From NCBI GenBank assembly GCA_013239625.1, contig MU054469.1, positions 15,735,513 through 15,799,512 on the forward strand: a stretch of DNA of 64,000 nucleotides, in the 5' to 3' direction. This DNA comes from Lama guanicoe. Lineage: Eukaryota. Each line of letters starts with the position of its first letter. Positions within the stretch are counted from its first letter, which is position 1. The notes beneath the pieces were generated by a model. It did no database searches. It worked only from the letters and a program-made list of their open reading frames with translations, and was not told the DNA's origin. Both the position numbers and the translations under genes were made by a program. Positions 1 to 13,589 of this stretch are shown here, piece after piece.

Positions 1-1734
1 AAATATAAAGACAAAATCATCTCTTTCAAAAAGTTCACAGTCTTAGAAATACATATACCTAAATCAGAGGTCTGAAATAAAAGATACAGATAGGCCAAAT
101 AATCCATGAAGTAGCCAGCTAAAGCATCTCAAATGGTGAACTGGAAAACACAGGTTCAATCTTTTTTTTTTTCAGTTTTAATGAGGAATAATTGACAAAT
201 ATAATTGTATATATTTAAAATATACAACATATGCCCAGTCTAAGGCAGCCACCACTTGACACCAGCAGATTAAGACCTTGCAGAACGCAAGCTCAATAAT
301 GTCACAGCTTCCGACTTTTAAAGAGAATGAAAGTTAGAGAAATGAGCCATTTAACCTGGAGAAATCAGGGAATGCTTAGCAAAAGAGCTAACACTTGAGC
401 TGACTCCTAAAGGTGAAGCAATGCTCATCAGGTATGAATAAAGATGGTTTATCTCCTGTGGCCACAGCTTAGGGTAGAAAGTGGGGAGGCAAAAGTGACT
501 AGAGAGGAAAGAAGGGATGTTTTGCCATGCGCAAGTCAAAATGTATCCTGCAGAACATGGGAAGCTACTGAAGTCTCTGACCCCACATCATAGGAGGGCA
601 GAATTTATCAAACTGTAGGAAACTTTACCAAAATGCCATCCAGTGAGATGTGAAGATGTGTTAGGCATATAAAGAGGCAGACACCTTGCTCATAATCCAT
701 AAAGCTAGACTGGGCATCACCATATCTAAACACTTGTCTTAGGCCCTTAACTACTGAGATGTCTAAGTGCCCATATGGTTCCAGTAGCAGCAATGGCTGC
801 TTAAACAGATAATAGCCAATTTACCCATGAAGAAGAGTATACCAAACCCAGAAAGAAAGTTTTGTGAGATCGATCATCCCCAGACATTTCCCCTTTACTC
901 CTGGCAAGGGTTAAAAAAAAAAGATAATACCTTATTCATTGCTAAAATGACTTAGAGTTTACAAAACGTCTTGACATATACTATTCTTTCACATCTAAGA
1001 GAACCCCAACTCCCTGTTTTCTGTTTTGTCTGGGTTTATAACACACCCACAACAGCCAATTGTATTCATATTTTGAACTCTTTCCTTTATACTAGACCAT
1101 TTAGAATTCAAGAACTCTAAAATCTAATTCAGGTCCACCAGTTAACCAGCACCCCTATTTTCTTCATCTGCCTAACCCACTAATCAATCCTATTTTACTT
1201 ACAGTTCATTAGTAAAAATATAATCAACTCTAACTCAAAATTAATGTACATTTTGCTTCAGAAAGGATGTGTTTTTGCCAGGGATACTTCCTTGTCTAGT
1301 TAGGAAGGAGGAAAGAAAACTCTGTTGTCGCCTAGGTCTTTTTTCAAGCGTCACAACAGAATAGACATTATTATCCCACAAGACAGGTATTATTATTCTC
1401 ATTTTCAAAGATGAGAAAACTGAAGATCTGAGTAGTTAATGTGTCCAACAGCAGCTAGTAAGTGACATAAGCCAGGTCTGAACAGATCAATTTGTCTCCA
1501 AAACTATGTTCTTTCCACTATACCACACAGCTTCAACTACTGCTTCTAATAACAGTCATAATACTCCACTTCCACCTTATATTTGTAAAGTGCAGCATAC
1601 CTTTCAAATCATTTTCATCTATAATATTTCTTTGGGTTCCTAAAACTATCCTTCAAGCAAACTTAAGCAAAGGGGGGAAAGAAGGCTAACCTAAGAAGAT
1701 CACAGTGAAATGATTATTGGGCACAAAGAGCTAA

Positions 1735-1955
1735 GAACAGCAGCTATGTTTATTGAGCACTTAAGCTAAACATTTTACAGTGTTGTCTCATGTAATCCTT
1801 ATTATAATCCTGTGAGACAGGAATAATAACGATCTCAACTCTTTTACAGATGAGGTAACGGGCTCAAAAAAAATCCATAGTTCACACAGCTAGGAAAAGG
1901 CAGCACTGGAATTCAATTCAGGTATCGGTTAGCTCAGAAGCCCATGCTCTTCTCT
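1735..1955 (-). mobile_element. MIR SINE
   Basis: MIR core ttttacagatgaggtaacgggctc...cacacagctagg...gaattcaattcagg. A second fragment lies at ~1380-1530. Confidence 0.75.
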
Positions 1956-3121
1956 ACAATCTCAGCTAGTATTGCCTCCCTGCACTGCTGTGCTCTTTAT
2001 AGAATATTATGCTTTCAGTGTAATTAAGTTAAACTAAAATTAGTTGGAATTCCAAATTAAAGTTAAAACCAGTATGCACTCCCCAACTCACTACTACATG
2101 AAAGTGGTGGAAGAAGCAAACAGGTGGCAAGATAAGCTCTACCAGAAATATAAGAGAAGTTTTTCACTGGATAACTGACACACAGATAATGAGAAGTTCA
2201 ATATAATCTGGGGGAAAATTAGACCATCAAGCTCCCAGGATTGCCCTCTATGGGCAAGAGACATCACCCTGGCCATTTAACAAATGAACTCATTCTCATA
2301 TACATTCAAAACCAAAGACATTACTTTTTTTTTTAACAGAGCCTATGAAATAGTAAAAATTATCCAGGATGGAAAAGCTCCTCCCCAGTTTTTTCCTAAG
2401 TGGCCCAGGTAAATCCATGAGTATTTTTAAAGTTAGATTAAAATGCTGGGGCCAGGACCGCTAACCTCTAGATGTTCATTTCTGGGGCTCTTTTCTGTGT
2501 ATTCATAAAGTTGTACAACGCACATTTTATTGTCATACAATCACATTTGTTTTTAATTCATGGGTACTAGAGAATTAAAAGTACACAAAAAATAAATAAT
2601 ACTTTAAAATAATCAAACTACATAAAAAATGCTTTTAATAAAAGCTTTGTTAGTATTAACCCTGTGAAACTAAATGACATTCCTTTAAATACACAGCAAC
2701 ATAAAAGAAACAGCCTAAGTTAGAAATAAATGTTAATGAAGTAGATTCGTGAAGCCATTTTTATTCTGAGGATAAAATTAATTTCATTGATTTGGTGATA
2801 TTTGAGTATTCAAGATATAGAAAGCACCTGTCTCAAAGCCCTGTAATTATTAAACACTATAAGGAATATGTTCACACAAATTACCAATACTTGGAAAATT
2901 CAAACAACTACTGCTAAGTTTTTAGAATATGATATAATATTCACTAGATCTATCTCTAGCCTCACAATTCTGGAAATAAAACCAATTCAGTTTGTTAAAA
3001 AAAAAATCTCTGGAGCAAATGAAGTAAAATTCCAAGGAGATTCCAAGAGAAGGGTAATTTTTAAAGCTATTTAAAAATATTTGTTAAAATGAAGTTTCAG
3101 TGCACAAAAATAGAAAAAATG

Positions 3122-3192
3122 AAAGGCTTTGAGAAGCCTTTGTTGAGTCATAGGAAGAAAACCAAATCCAGCTGCACTGGATTTGGTTTTCT
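3122..3192. repeat. Two adjacent perfect inverted repeats (8-bp and 16-bp stems)
   Basis: aaaggctt-tgag-aagccttt (3122-3141) and agaaaaccaaatccag-ctgca-ctggatttggttttct (3156-3192). Confidence 0.9.
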
Positions 3193-3383
3193 AAAGCTAA
3201 AGATATGTATCAAGAACTTCAAGTATTAGATCAGAAACAACTAACTGAATGATTAACATCTAGTACCCATTTTTAAAACCTACTCTAGGGTAGATATTTT
3301 TGGAAAAACATTCATTAAACTCTTCAAACCACAAACACAGAAAAATATTTTTTGGTAACTAAAGGACCTCCAAGGTGTTTAAA

Positions 3384-3385
<2 letters not shown>

Positions 3386-3430
<45 letters not shown>
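3386..3430. repeat. (AC)22 microsatellite
   Basis: Uninterrupted AC run read directly. Confidence 0.98.
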
Positions 3431-3432
<2 letters not shown>

Positions 3433-4719
3433 TCTGAATCCTACAAAAGAATAAAGAAGGGACAATTACAGAGTACAATACTGATGAAAAACAGCTGGCA
3501 GTATAGTGATACTGAGCAATATGAGAAGAGAGATGCAGATGTCTGAATCCTAATTTGTTAGAATCTAAGCACAAAGAATCAAGTAGTACAGCACTTAAAA
3601 ACCTATGACCAACTTATGTTTATTAACTGGGCCCAGAATTAAGAACACAAACTAGTCAGTATTCCCCAATCTTGAGTAATATTGAGAATATTTTTAATGG
3701 GTAAAAATTCAGCCATCCAGTATTGCCTTAAATGATTTTTATTAAAATGTTATTTAAATATGTGTTGATACAAAACTTACAAACACTGTATGGTTACGGT
3801 CCTTATACAACTAAAATGAATAAAATTACAAATTGAATACAAAACTTTTTCATATTGGCATTAATTTACCATAACAGATGATGGTACTTGACTGAATTGC
3901 AATTCCCAGTATGAAAACAGTTTGACCGTCTGGGAAGGTTCTCTGGAATAAGGAAAACCTATGGTGAAGATGTTATTCTCTCACCACTTTTCTCTATACA
4001 AACTATATGACACTTTTATTCATTTAACATACTGCTTTCACCATGTCTCCTCACTCTGGACACAAGAAAAAGACTGGTGAGGGGCACACCACAATCATTA
4101 TGAATCATTCTAGTGGCTCAAAGAAAGGGCTAAGGATTTTGATGGGAGGGACTACAAATGAAAGAGACTCCCTGAACTCGGAAAGCGGTGGGAGGAGGCC
4201 AGGGGAGGCTGGGTCTATATGGTAGCAGCTAATTACCAGAAGCAAAGTGCGCATGGTGACTCTCACAGGTAGCGAGGTAGATATGGGAATATTAGGAAAT
4301 CTCAGGTTTCCTTGTGAGAAGCAGAAATCCCTGTCTATATTTAATCAGTCAGACTTAAGAACTCAAATCAACAGCCATCCCACTAAGATCTGTTTTGATT
4401 TAAGTAACCAAAAGCAAACAAACTCCAGGTCTAGGGAACAGAGACCTGTCTGAAACACTACAGTAGTGAGTTGTGGCCTCTCACCCAAATCTGAGGCCCA
4501 CAGTTCTCAAATGAAGAGGCGGCTAAATCCCTTGTGAAAGATTTTTTTTTCCCCAAATGCATCTTTTGCCGTTACCCAGGTAATCAACAGCTGGCAAAAG
4601 GAAAATGCCCAGTCCTCTTGAGGATTATTACCTACTAGCTCTGAGTTAACATTAATTAGTAGGAATTAAGAATACCACTGGTCCTATTACTAAAGTATAA
4701 CTTTTCTTAGGTCTTTAGA

Positions 4720-5222
4720 ATGCCCAGCTGTTCGGCAAGGTCTTTCAACATTGTCCAGTCAGAACTCGCACGCCTCCGAGCTCTGGGAGAACTCTGAGAA
4801 TTGTACAGCTCACAGCGCCAAAGCCTCATGGAGTTTCATCCTGTGTGCGGCTTAGCATTCAACAGATTCAAGTGTGCACCTTCGATTTCTGGAGACTTTT
4901 TCCACAAACTCCATCCTCTTCTGTATTCTGTCCCACAATTTCCAGCTGTCTCAGCCTCTCCCAAGTCTGATCTGTCTCCTCAACTCAGCAGCACCTGCAT
5001 TCTCTGCTGAAGTTCCCCCTCTCTGTGCTGCTATTTGGAAAGTAAGTCTCAGCAGAAAGTCAGAGTGATCATAGCTCTCACCTCATTTGTTTTCTCACTC
5101 ATAGGAATCACAACCTTGTGCTGCCTGTATTCCAAGCAGAATGTAGTTGTTTCATACATTTCATCCAGTTTTCTATTTGTTTACAGCATATGTTACTCTA
5201 TCTTAGCAGAAGCAGACAGTTC
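4720..5222 (-). mobile_element. Ancient L1M 5'-end fragment
   Basis: ctcacctcatttgttttctcactcataggaatcacaaccttgtgctgcctgt...tccagttttctatttgtttac...gcagaagcagacagt resembles the reverse complement of L1M/L1ME 5' ends. Confidence 0.55.
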
Positions 5223-5514
5223 CAATCTATCCTTTTTGCTTCATCCCATCCCATGTTCAGCACACACCAAACAACTACTTTCCTACACTTTGCTAAGCAA
5301 CTCCTTGTGGCTTAACTTCTTTCCCTGCCTTGGTCATTTTCTTCTCATCCAACATGACCCAACTCATATGCCACCTCAACTTTGGGAGTCTTCAGTTTTC
5401 TCTAGAGAGGTTTTTTTCCTTCTTCTCTGTCTCTACAGCATACTGTTCACACATACTACAGCATTTATCTCAACATACTCTATTTGCATGTCTCCCCACT
5501 AAAGTGAAATTCTA

Positions 5515-5770
5515 ATAATAATGATAATTGCTAACATGTGGCTACTTTCTATGTTCCAGGTACTATTCTAAGTATTTTACGTATATTTGCCCATGTACTC
5601 TTCATAAAACCCTAAGATATAGGAACCATCATTATCCTCATTTTACAAATGAAGAAACTAAGGCACAGAGAGGTTAAGTAAACTGCCTGAGATCACATAG
5701 CTTGGTAGTGGTAGAGCCAAGACATGAATCTAAACAGTCTGACTCCAGAGCTCATGCTCACTATACTGCC
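5515..5770 (-). mobile_element. MIR SINE, near full length
   Basis: cattttacaaatgaagaaactaaggcacagagaggttaagtaaactgcctgagatcacatagc...gtctgactccagagc. Confidence 0.85.
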
Positions 5771-6712
5771 TCTTATGAATTCTTGAGGGGCAGCAACTAT
5801 GTCTTATTCTTGTTTGTATATCCATGCCCAGAGCACCTCAAATATTTGTGGAATGAATTAAAATTTATAATTTTCTCCTAGTCATCCAAGAAAAAGTCCT
5901 TTATAAGTAATGTAGGTTTTCAGTACAGTAATTACAGAACTCAATCTAGAAAGGCTCTTTCATAAACATGGAAGAGACTAAAATTAAATTTCTAATAATA
6001 AATTCAAAGAGCTCTGAAGAATTTTACCATGCAGAAAAGACTAATAGGTTTTTTTAAGTAGCTAAGTAACTGTAGTGAACTCAGTCAGGAACAAAAAGTC
6101 TCTACCAAGGAATCAATACCCTCTAAGAGAGAGGCTAAATGTCATAATTTGTCTCCAATAAATGCACACTAAATTGATCCCATCTATCTAAACCTGAAAT
6201 AGAGATCAGAGTGTTTTGAAGGCAAAAGTAAAAAGAATATTTAAGCAATAATGTCATCCTAAGAGCCAAATCTGTCAAGAGTAATGAATGAAAACAAAGC
6301 CACACTGCTCAATGAAATCAGCTCTGCTAAAGAATAACAAAAATTTAACCAATTCTGCATGGAAAAAAAGTATTAGTCATCACCTTTTAAACAATTAAGT
6401 ATCCTTCATATGTTTATTAAAAGCATTTAAGTTCGTGACAGTAGATAATATATGCAGTGAATTTATAAAACCTAAATGTGATAAAGTAATATGATTTATA
6501 GAAATTTAAGTGATTAAAAATAAAAACATATATTATGCACAAGTGGATAATGAGATTTAATTAGCAAGGCATTAATGAACTATAGGGTACAAGTTAAACT
6601 GGAAGAAAGAGGAGACTGATGCACTGTTACCACCTTCAACCTCTCCCACACTACCACTCCACATCATATGCCTGGACCTCTACTCTATCCTATATACCAC
6701 TGTCCATCTTGG

Positions 6713-7011
6713 ACAGGTCCACAATCTCTCACCCAAAGTCCTTGAAACCAAATGTCTTCCAGAATTCACAATTTTTCTGATTCTAGGAAGGCTCAATTTA
6801 CCCAGCACTCCAGAAAGATCTGGGGCAGCACCTGGTAATCAAACACATTAATATTTCTGTAGTAAAATGCAAGAATATTCATATTAGGTGGAATAAGGAA
6901 AAATTATAAATGATCTCACATCAGTTCAGGTCAGATTTATGAGACTGAGAAAACATTTTTTTCTGAGCTTTCAGGATTTTTAAATAGTAGGTAAAGGACG
7001 ATAGATTTGTA
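6713..7011. mobile_element. TcMar-Tigger-type non-autonomous DNA transposon relic
   Basis: Termini caggtccacaatc... / ...gatagatttgta are degenerate inverted ends. The internal ggggcagcacctggtaatcaaacacattaatatt resembles old Tigger elements. Confidence 0.45.
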
Positions 7012-7319
7012 TCATTCAATGTGCACATTTCCTGCTTGAGAAGTGACGATGGCTCCCTTACCTGCCATGTTCAGTTTTAACAATAATTTCTATACTAGTC
7101 TAGAATTGGCAACACCTTTGGAAATCATTAAAACTTTTTAGTTCATTGGTTAGGAAACTAAAGCCCAGAGAGCTGGAATAACTTGCCTCGGGTCACACTG
7201 TTACCTACTGACAGAGATGAAACTAGAACACACAAGTCTCCCATCTGCTAGGCTTACTTACTGTTCATTCATTCATTCATCTCATTCATCCGACCATTCA
7301 CTCTCTCTCCATTTGAAAT

Positions 7320-9050
7320 TATTTTTTAGCTTTTCAAAATTATGAAATTTCGAAAATTTTCTCACAGAAAGTTGCAAAAATAGTCCAGTCTTCCCTCAAT
7401 ATCCACAGGAGGATTGGTTCCAGGCCCTCCTGAAGATACGAANNNNNNNNNNNNNNNNNNNNNNNNNNNNNNNNNNNNNNNNNNNNNNNNNNNNNNNNNN
7501 NNNNNNNNNNNNNNNNNNNNNNNNNNNNNNNNNNNNNNNNNNNNNNNNNNNNNNNNNNNNNNNNNNNNNNNNAGTTAATACAGTGTAAATGTCATGTAAA
7601 CAGTAGTAAATATAATGTAGATATTCTGTAAATAGTTGCCTGGCTTGGCAAATTCAAGTTTTGCTTCTGGGAACTTTCTGGAATTTCCCTCCATCCCGAA
7701 CATTCCCAATCTGTGGTTGGTTGAATCGATCTGTGGTTGGCTGAAACACAGATGTAGAATTCACAGATAAGGACAGATTGTATAGAGTCCTATGCATCCT
7801 TCATCCAGCTTCTCCTGATATATAGCTGTAGTATAAAATTATCAAAGCCTAAAAATTAATACTAGTATATTAGTGTTAACAAAACTATAGGTCTTGTTCC
7901 ATTTTCAGCATTTTGTTTAAACCTGAATTCATTTACGTGTATGTATACACAGTTCTATGCAACTTTATCCCATGTATAGGTTCATATAACTACCATCACA
8001 ATCAAGATACTGAACTGTTCCATGGTCACAAAATTTCCCTTTGCATTTACACTCCTCCCTGCTCCCCACACTGTCCCAGACTTAGCAACACTAATCTGTT
8101 TTCCATCTCTGTAGTTTTGTCATTTTGAAAATGTTGTATAAATGGAATCATACAGCATATAAACTTTTGAAATTGACTTTTTCCTTAGTTGTGCTAAAAT
8201 ACATATAAAATTTACAATTTTAACCACTTTGAAGCATACAGTTCAACAGTGTAAAGTATATTCACATTATAGTTCATTTCTTTTCATTGTTAAGTAGTAT
8301 TCCATTGTACAGATGTACCATGATTTGTTCAACAATGAATGATATGTGGGTTGTTTCCATTTTTGGCTATTACAAATAAGGCTGTTATATGCATTCACAT
8401 ATAGGTTTTGATGTGAGTTTTTATTTCTCTGGGGTGAATGCTCACAAGTGTGATTGTTGGGTTGTATATGAAATGTTTCTCCCAGTCTGTGGCTAATCTT
8501 TTCATCCTATTAACAAAGTCTTTTGTAGAGCAAAGTTTTTAATTTTGATGAAGTCCAATTATTGATTTTTTTTCCTTTTATGAACTGCATTTTTGGTTTC
8601 ATGTCTCAGAACTGTTTACCTAGCCCTAGGTCTCAAAGATATTCTCCTATGTTTTCTTCTTAAGTTTTATAGTTTTACATTTCACATTTAATTCCATTTT
8701 ACATTGATTTCACAATGACACATTTTACAAAGACCTTTTTAAAATATGGTGTGAGGTTTAGGTCCTGATTCATTTTCTTGCCTGTAATAGTGCAATTGTT
8801 CCACCACTATTTGTTGATGAGACTATTCTCCCTCCATTGAATTGCTTTTGAACTTTTGTCAAAAATCAATTGTGTTGATTGTGTTGAGTTATTTCTTAGC
8901 TCTTTATTCTGTTCCATCCATCTATTCCTCTGCCAAGACCACACTGTCCTGATCAATGACATTATGTATATTAGACTAAATATGAGGTAGAGTGATTCCT
9001 CCCATTTTCTTCTTTTTTTCCAACATTGTTTTAGCTGTTCTAGCTCTGTT
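7320..9050 (-). mobile_element. Old L1M (L1MB/MC-like) 3' region, interrupted by MER2
   Basis: Typical antisense L1 3' text, for example aatggaatcatacagcatat, gagcaaagtttttaattttgatgaagtccaatt and ccattgaattgcttttgaacttttgtcaaaaatcaat. Confidence 0.75.
7385..7782 (+). mobile_element. MER2/MER2B-like (TcMar-Tigger) element, partly N
   Basis: cagtcttccctcaatatccacaggaggattggttccagg ... ggcaaattcaagttttgcttctgggaactttctgg ... cagattgta. Contains an internal 20-bp tandem duplication at 7709-7748. Confidence 0.75.
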
Positions 9051-9273
9051 CATGCTACTCATTTTCTTTATTGTACTGCTTATTCTTGCTTTTAAGGTCC
9101 TCCTTATACCTAGTAAAAGTATGACAGCCTAGGTAAGAAAATAGTGTCATGAAGGAAAAAAATGTCATATATTACCACCACTCTAGAACACTACCTATAT
9201 AATTTCTATCCCTCTATCCTAATGACATCCCAATTTCTTCATGAAAGGTTCTCTACTATTACAGGCCACTTTA

Positions 9274-9618
9274 TTTTTTTTTTAATTCTTTAAATTGAGG
9301 TATAGGTGATGTTCAATATTATATGTTTCAGGTATGCAACATAATGAATCACAATTTTTAAAGGTTATATTCCACTTACAGCTATTATAAAATATTGGCT
9401 CTATTCCCTGTGTTATACAATATATCCTTGTAGTTTATCAGTAGTTTTTATCTCAATCCCCTGCCCCTATCTTCCCCCTCCCTCCTTCAGTCTCCCCCTG
9501 GTAACCACTAATTTGTTCTTTATATCTGAGTTTATTTCTTTTTTTGTCATATTCACTAGTTTGTTTGATTTTTAGATTCCACATATAAGTGATATCATAT
9601 AGTATTTATCTTTCCTCT
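9274..9618 (-). mobile_element. 5'-truncated L1 3' end with target-site duplication
   Basis: T-rich tail followed by aattgaggtataggtgatgttcaatatt...ttagattccacatataagtgatatcatatagtatttatc. TSD ggccacttta at 9264-9273 and 9619-9628. Confidence 0.85.
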
Positions 9619-10913
9619 GGCCACTTTAATATCTCTAAATGTAATAGCTAACATGTCTCTAGTACTCATTAGCCACAAATCATTTACTTCCTTCTGTTAA
9701 ATATTTGTAAATATATTTTGTCCAACACAATGTCTATTCTCAAGGGACACAGCCCATGTTGTAGAAGTCTTTATATTTCTCCATAAACTTTAATAAACAT
9801 GAATTAGTTTACTGAGGTTTATTTATCTAATTGGAAATTACAACAGAGAGATACTAGAAAATCCAGAAGGATGAGGATAAAAAATTAGCTAATTGCTACA
9901 TCTCAAGATTTTAAATTTAACCTCACTTCTCAGTTAAACTGTTATAAAAGTATACTTCAAAGCTGTTTTCCTTTTTCTTGATGAGATGGCTTAGGTAAAG
10001 ACAAAGAAGGTAGTGAATAATGAATTATGGCAATTTCCTTTTTTTCTCCTCCTGTATGCCAAAGATATCACCATTTATCTAAATTTTAGGGCTATCAGTT
10101 GTAACTCATCCCTAACATACCATGTCTATTTATCCAAAAAGTAATATGACCTAAGGGATTAAAGTAATGATTTAAGCAAATAATAGAAATTCAAAATGTA
10201 AAATGGAACTGTAAAAAATTTACCAAATCCAATTTCCTGGTGTCCTAACTATATCAACTATCTGGGGTCTCTGTGCCCTTTGGCTAGCATACTGAGAGGA
10301 TCTCCCTCAGTTATCAAAGCTTTGCTGTCAAGATTTCAACACAGTAAGGTGCAGCATATGAAATAATACAGCTGCTTAATCTATATTTTCAGCTATAATT
10401 TACAGTAAGCACAATCTGCCTACCCTATGGATTAAGTGCCTGCTTCTTTGCTAAAACAAATAGATAAACAATATCCTCCCCAAGTTTTTTGTTCATTAGC
10501 TGCCCGTGCATTTAGACTGTTTAAATAATATAAATAAATGTAATAAAACTACATGCAGATTAGCCATTTCTTTTCTTAGAAAATAAAGTAATCCATATAT
10601 GCTACTGCAACAATTTTGCTGAAACATTTATTTTGCTCCTCTCCAGTTCTTTCACTGTAATATGGGACTAGGCAGGCAGGGCAGGCTACAATCAGGAAAT
10701 CTTCAGAGCCACTAGTCTTACAAGCTCTCATTTAGTGTGTCTCTGGTGGCCTCAGAATGAATCTTCTCTAAGGCCACATTTGATGCTCTGACAACTAAGT
10801 AAATGAATTGCAATCCTCAGAATATGCACATTAATAAGGCTGTTTCTAGCTCCACCCTTTTCACTTCAGTGTTTTATTATAGAGACTACAATATGCATAT
10901 GCACAATGCAAAA

Positions 10914-11250
10914 TGCAGTCCACCAGGGATTGGTTCCAGGAATCCCCATGGACACCAAAATCTGAGGACGCCTCATATAAAATGGTACAGTATTTGTGTA
11001 AAACCTATAGCACATTCTCCCCTATACTTTAAATTATCTGTAGATTACTTATAATATCTAATACAATGTAAATTCTATGTAAATAGCTGTAAATACAATG
11101 CAAAAGATGTATAAGTAGTTGCCAGTGCACAGCAAATTCTAGTTTTGCTTTTTGGAACTTTCTGAAAATTGTTTTTTCCTGAATTTTTTCCATACACAGT
11201 TGGTTCACTCCACAGATGTGGAACCCACAGATACAGAGGGCTGAATGTAC
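10914..11250 (+). mobile_element. MER2/MER2B-like element
   Basis: gggattggttccaggaatcccc...gcaaattctagttttgctttttggaactttctg...gatgtggaacccacagatacagagggctgaatgta. Confidence 0.8.
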
Positions 11251-11269
11251 TATACAACCCCCAAACTAA

Positions 11270-13015
11270 CAGAAATCCACTATTCGATTAGGAAAAAATT
11301 GACACATTATGGTTCTAGTGTTGTGAGAACACAAAGTAACCTGAACTCAGATACCGTAAGTGAGTATGTAAACTGGTACAACCACTTTAGAAGACGATTT
11401 GGTATTATCTTCTAAAGCTGAACACGTGCATACATGCCTTTATTCTCTCAAGACAAGTACACCAGGAGACGCATGCAGCATATTCACAACAGCACTTTCC
11501 ATGACACCAAAAACTGTAAACAACCCAAATGCTGATTGAAAGAAGACTGTGGCATATACACACAATAGGATTTTTACAGACTAGTGAAAAGCTAATGAAG
11601 TACAGTTGAATACAACATGGATAAATCTTAGAAACAATGATAAATATAAAAAGCAAATCATACCAGGCCATATGCAATAAACTACTATATTTATAAATTT
11701 CAAAAGAGCAAAATTAAACACATTATTATTTAAGGAAAACTCATGTAATTTTAAAAAGAAAAAATAAACACAAAATTCCTATAGTGAGGGTCAGGGAGAT
11801 GGAGCAATAAATACAGAAATAAAGCTTCAACAGAATTGATAAAGTGATAGTTCTTCAATTGGATGGTAAGCTCATTTGTTTCATTATTAAGCTTTAAAAC
11901 ATTTATGTATGTGTGTTTTGAGTGTGTATCATCTAGAATTTCTGGAGAACTAACAGATACAGGTCAAGTTTAGCCTACTCTTAAAACAACATTCCTGATA
12001 ACTGGGAATGATGCTAAGAAATAAAATCACTCTACAATTGCTATTTGGTAACTTTTGTAGTAACAAAGAAATGGCAGGTGTCTCATAAAAAATTAAAGCA
12101 AGAGGATGGGCAAAGGAAGTGAAGTTGGTAACAAAAGGGCGAGGTGAGGGATCCCTGAAGGGATAGAAATATTCTGCATCTTGATTGTCAGTGTCAGTAT
12201 CCAGCTTGTGATATTGCACTATAGTTGTGCAAGATGTTACCACTGGGAGAAACTGGGTAAAGGGTACATTAGATCTCTCTGTAGTATTTCTTCCAACTGC
12301 ATGTGAATCTCCAATTATCTCAAAATAAAAGTTTTTTAAAAAACATGAAAAAAAGATAATTTTTGTTCAGGGTTCTTCCACCCTGGTACTACTGACATTT
12401 TGGTGCAAATAACTCTTCTTTGAAGGAGGCTGTCCTGGACATTGTAAGATGTTTAACAGCATCCCTGGACTCTACTTACTAAATGCCAGTAGCAGGCCCC
12501 AGTTGTGACAACATCTCCAAATACTGCCAAATGTTCCCTAAGGGTCAAAACTGCCCCATCTGACAACCACCGCTCTAGTCATAAAAGCAAAGAACTGTGG
12601 AAATGTTCCCAGTTGAAGAGACATGACAACTAAATGCAATACCTGATCCTAGGCTGGATCCTGTACTAGAGAGGAAAGAACGCTATTAAGAAACATTACT
12701 GGGTCAACTAACAAAAGTAGGGTATAAATAGTAAATTAAATTAAAGTACTCTATCAATATTAAAAGTATGTTGATTGCTGTAATGTAGTTATGTAAAGAA
12801 TATTCCTATGCTCCAGAAATACACAAAGTAGTATTTAGGGGTAAAAGACCACGATATATGCAATCTACCCTCAAATGATTCAGGAAAAATATACAAGTGA
12901 ATAGTATATGTATATCATAGGTGAATCTGATTAAAGGGTATACAAAAGTTGTGTTCTTTATACTACTTTTATTCTTGCAACTTTTCAGTATGTTTGAAAT
13001 TATTTACGAATATAA
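11270..13015 (+). mobile_element. Old L1M (L1MC/L1ME-like) 3' fragments, interrupted by MER20
   Basis: gtaaactggtacaaccactttagaa, caacccaaatg, atagttgtgcaagatgttaccactgggagaaactgggtaaagggtac, caactgcatgtgaatctccaattatctcaaaataaaagttt. Confidence 0.7.
12368..12575 (+). mobile_element. MER20 (hAT-Charlie)
   Basis: actactgacattttgg...ggctgtcctggacattgtaagatgtttaacagcatccctggactctacttactaaatgccagtagc...ctgccaaatgttcccta. Confidence 0.85.
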
Positions 13016-13589
13016 AGGTGGAGTTTTTTTTAAGTGTAACCAAAAGTTGTGGTCCTTACAGTCCTAATGGCAGGTTTCACAGTAGTAGCCCAGCATAAGT
13101 GATTAAAAAAAAAAAGGGGGGAAAATGACTACTGATTGGATAAATTCCTACTTCAAGCCTGAGACATTCGTTGCAAAGAACTGTCTACTTTCGGCTTATC
13201 TCCCCCTCCCCATTCTTTATAGAGGTGACCTCTTGAATAATGCGGAACCGAAAATAAATCTATCCCACTTTTAAAAGACCATTTCTAGGAAGTGACTCAA
13301 ACCCACATCCCCACTCTATTTCTCCACAAATCACTGAGGCATCTTAACCCTCAATAGTTAAGCAAAAACGCGAAAAGCGTACGTGTTCTCATTCTTCTTC
13401 TGCAAATGAAGGTAGACTGTTACAGGGAGTGGACTAGAGAAGACACAACATCGGATGTCTAGGAGGGCTGAAGAAAAGAAGAGGTAAAAGGAAATAAACA
13501 GCCAGTTTGAGCAAGCCCGGAACGGTGTATCGGCCAGGAAAAGGGACCCAAGTGGGTGCAAGTGTGTCAAGGCGAGAGGGAGTAGCTCA

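Noticed and set aside
5035-5502. 155-aa hydrophobic ORF
   Set aside because: It starts at TTG, overlaps old L1/L2-like repeat sequence and has T-rich composition; no homology recognised.
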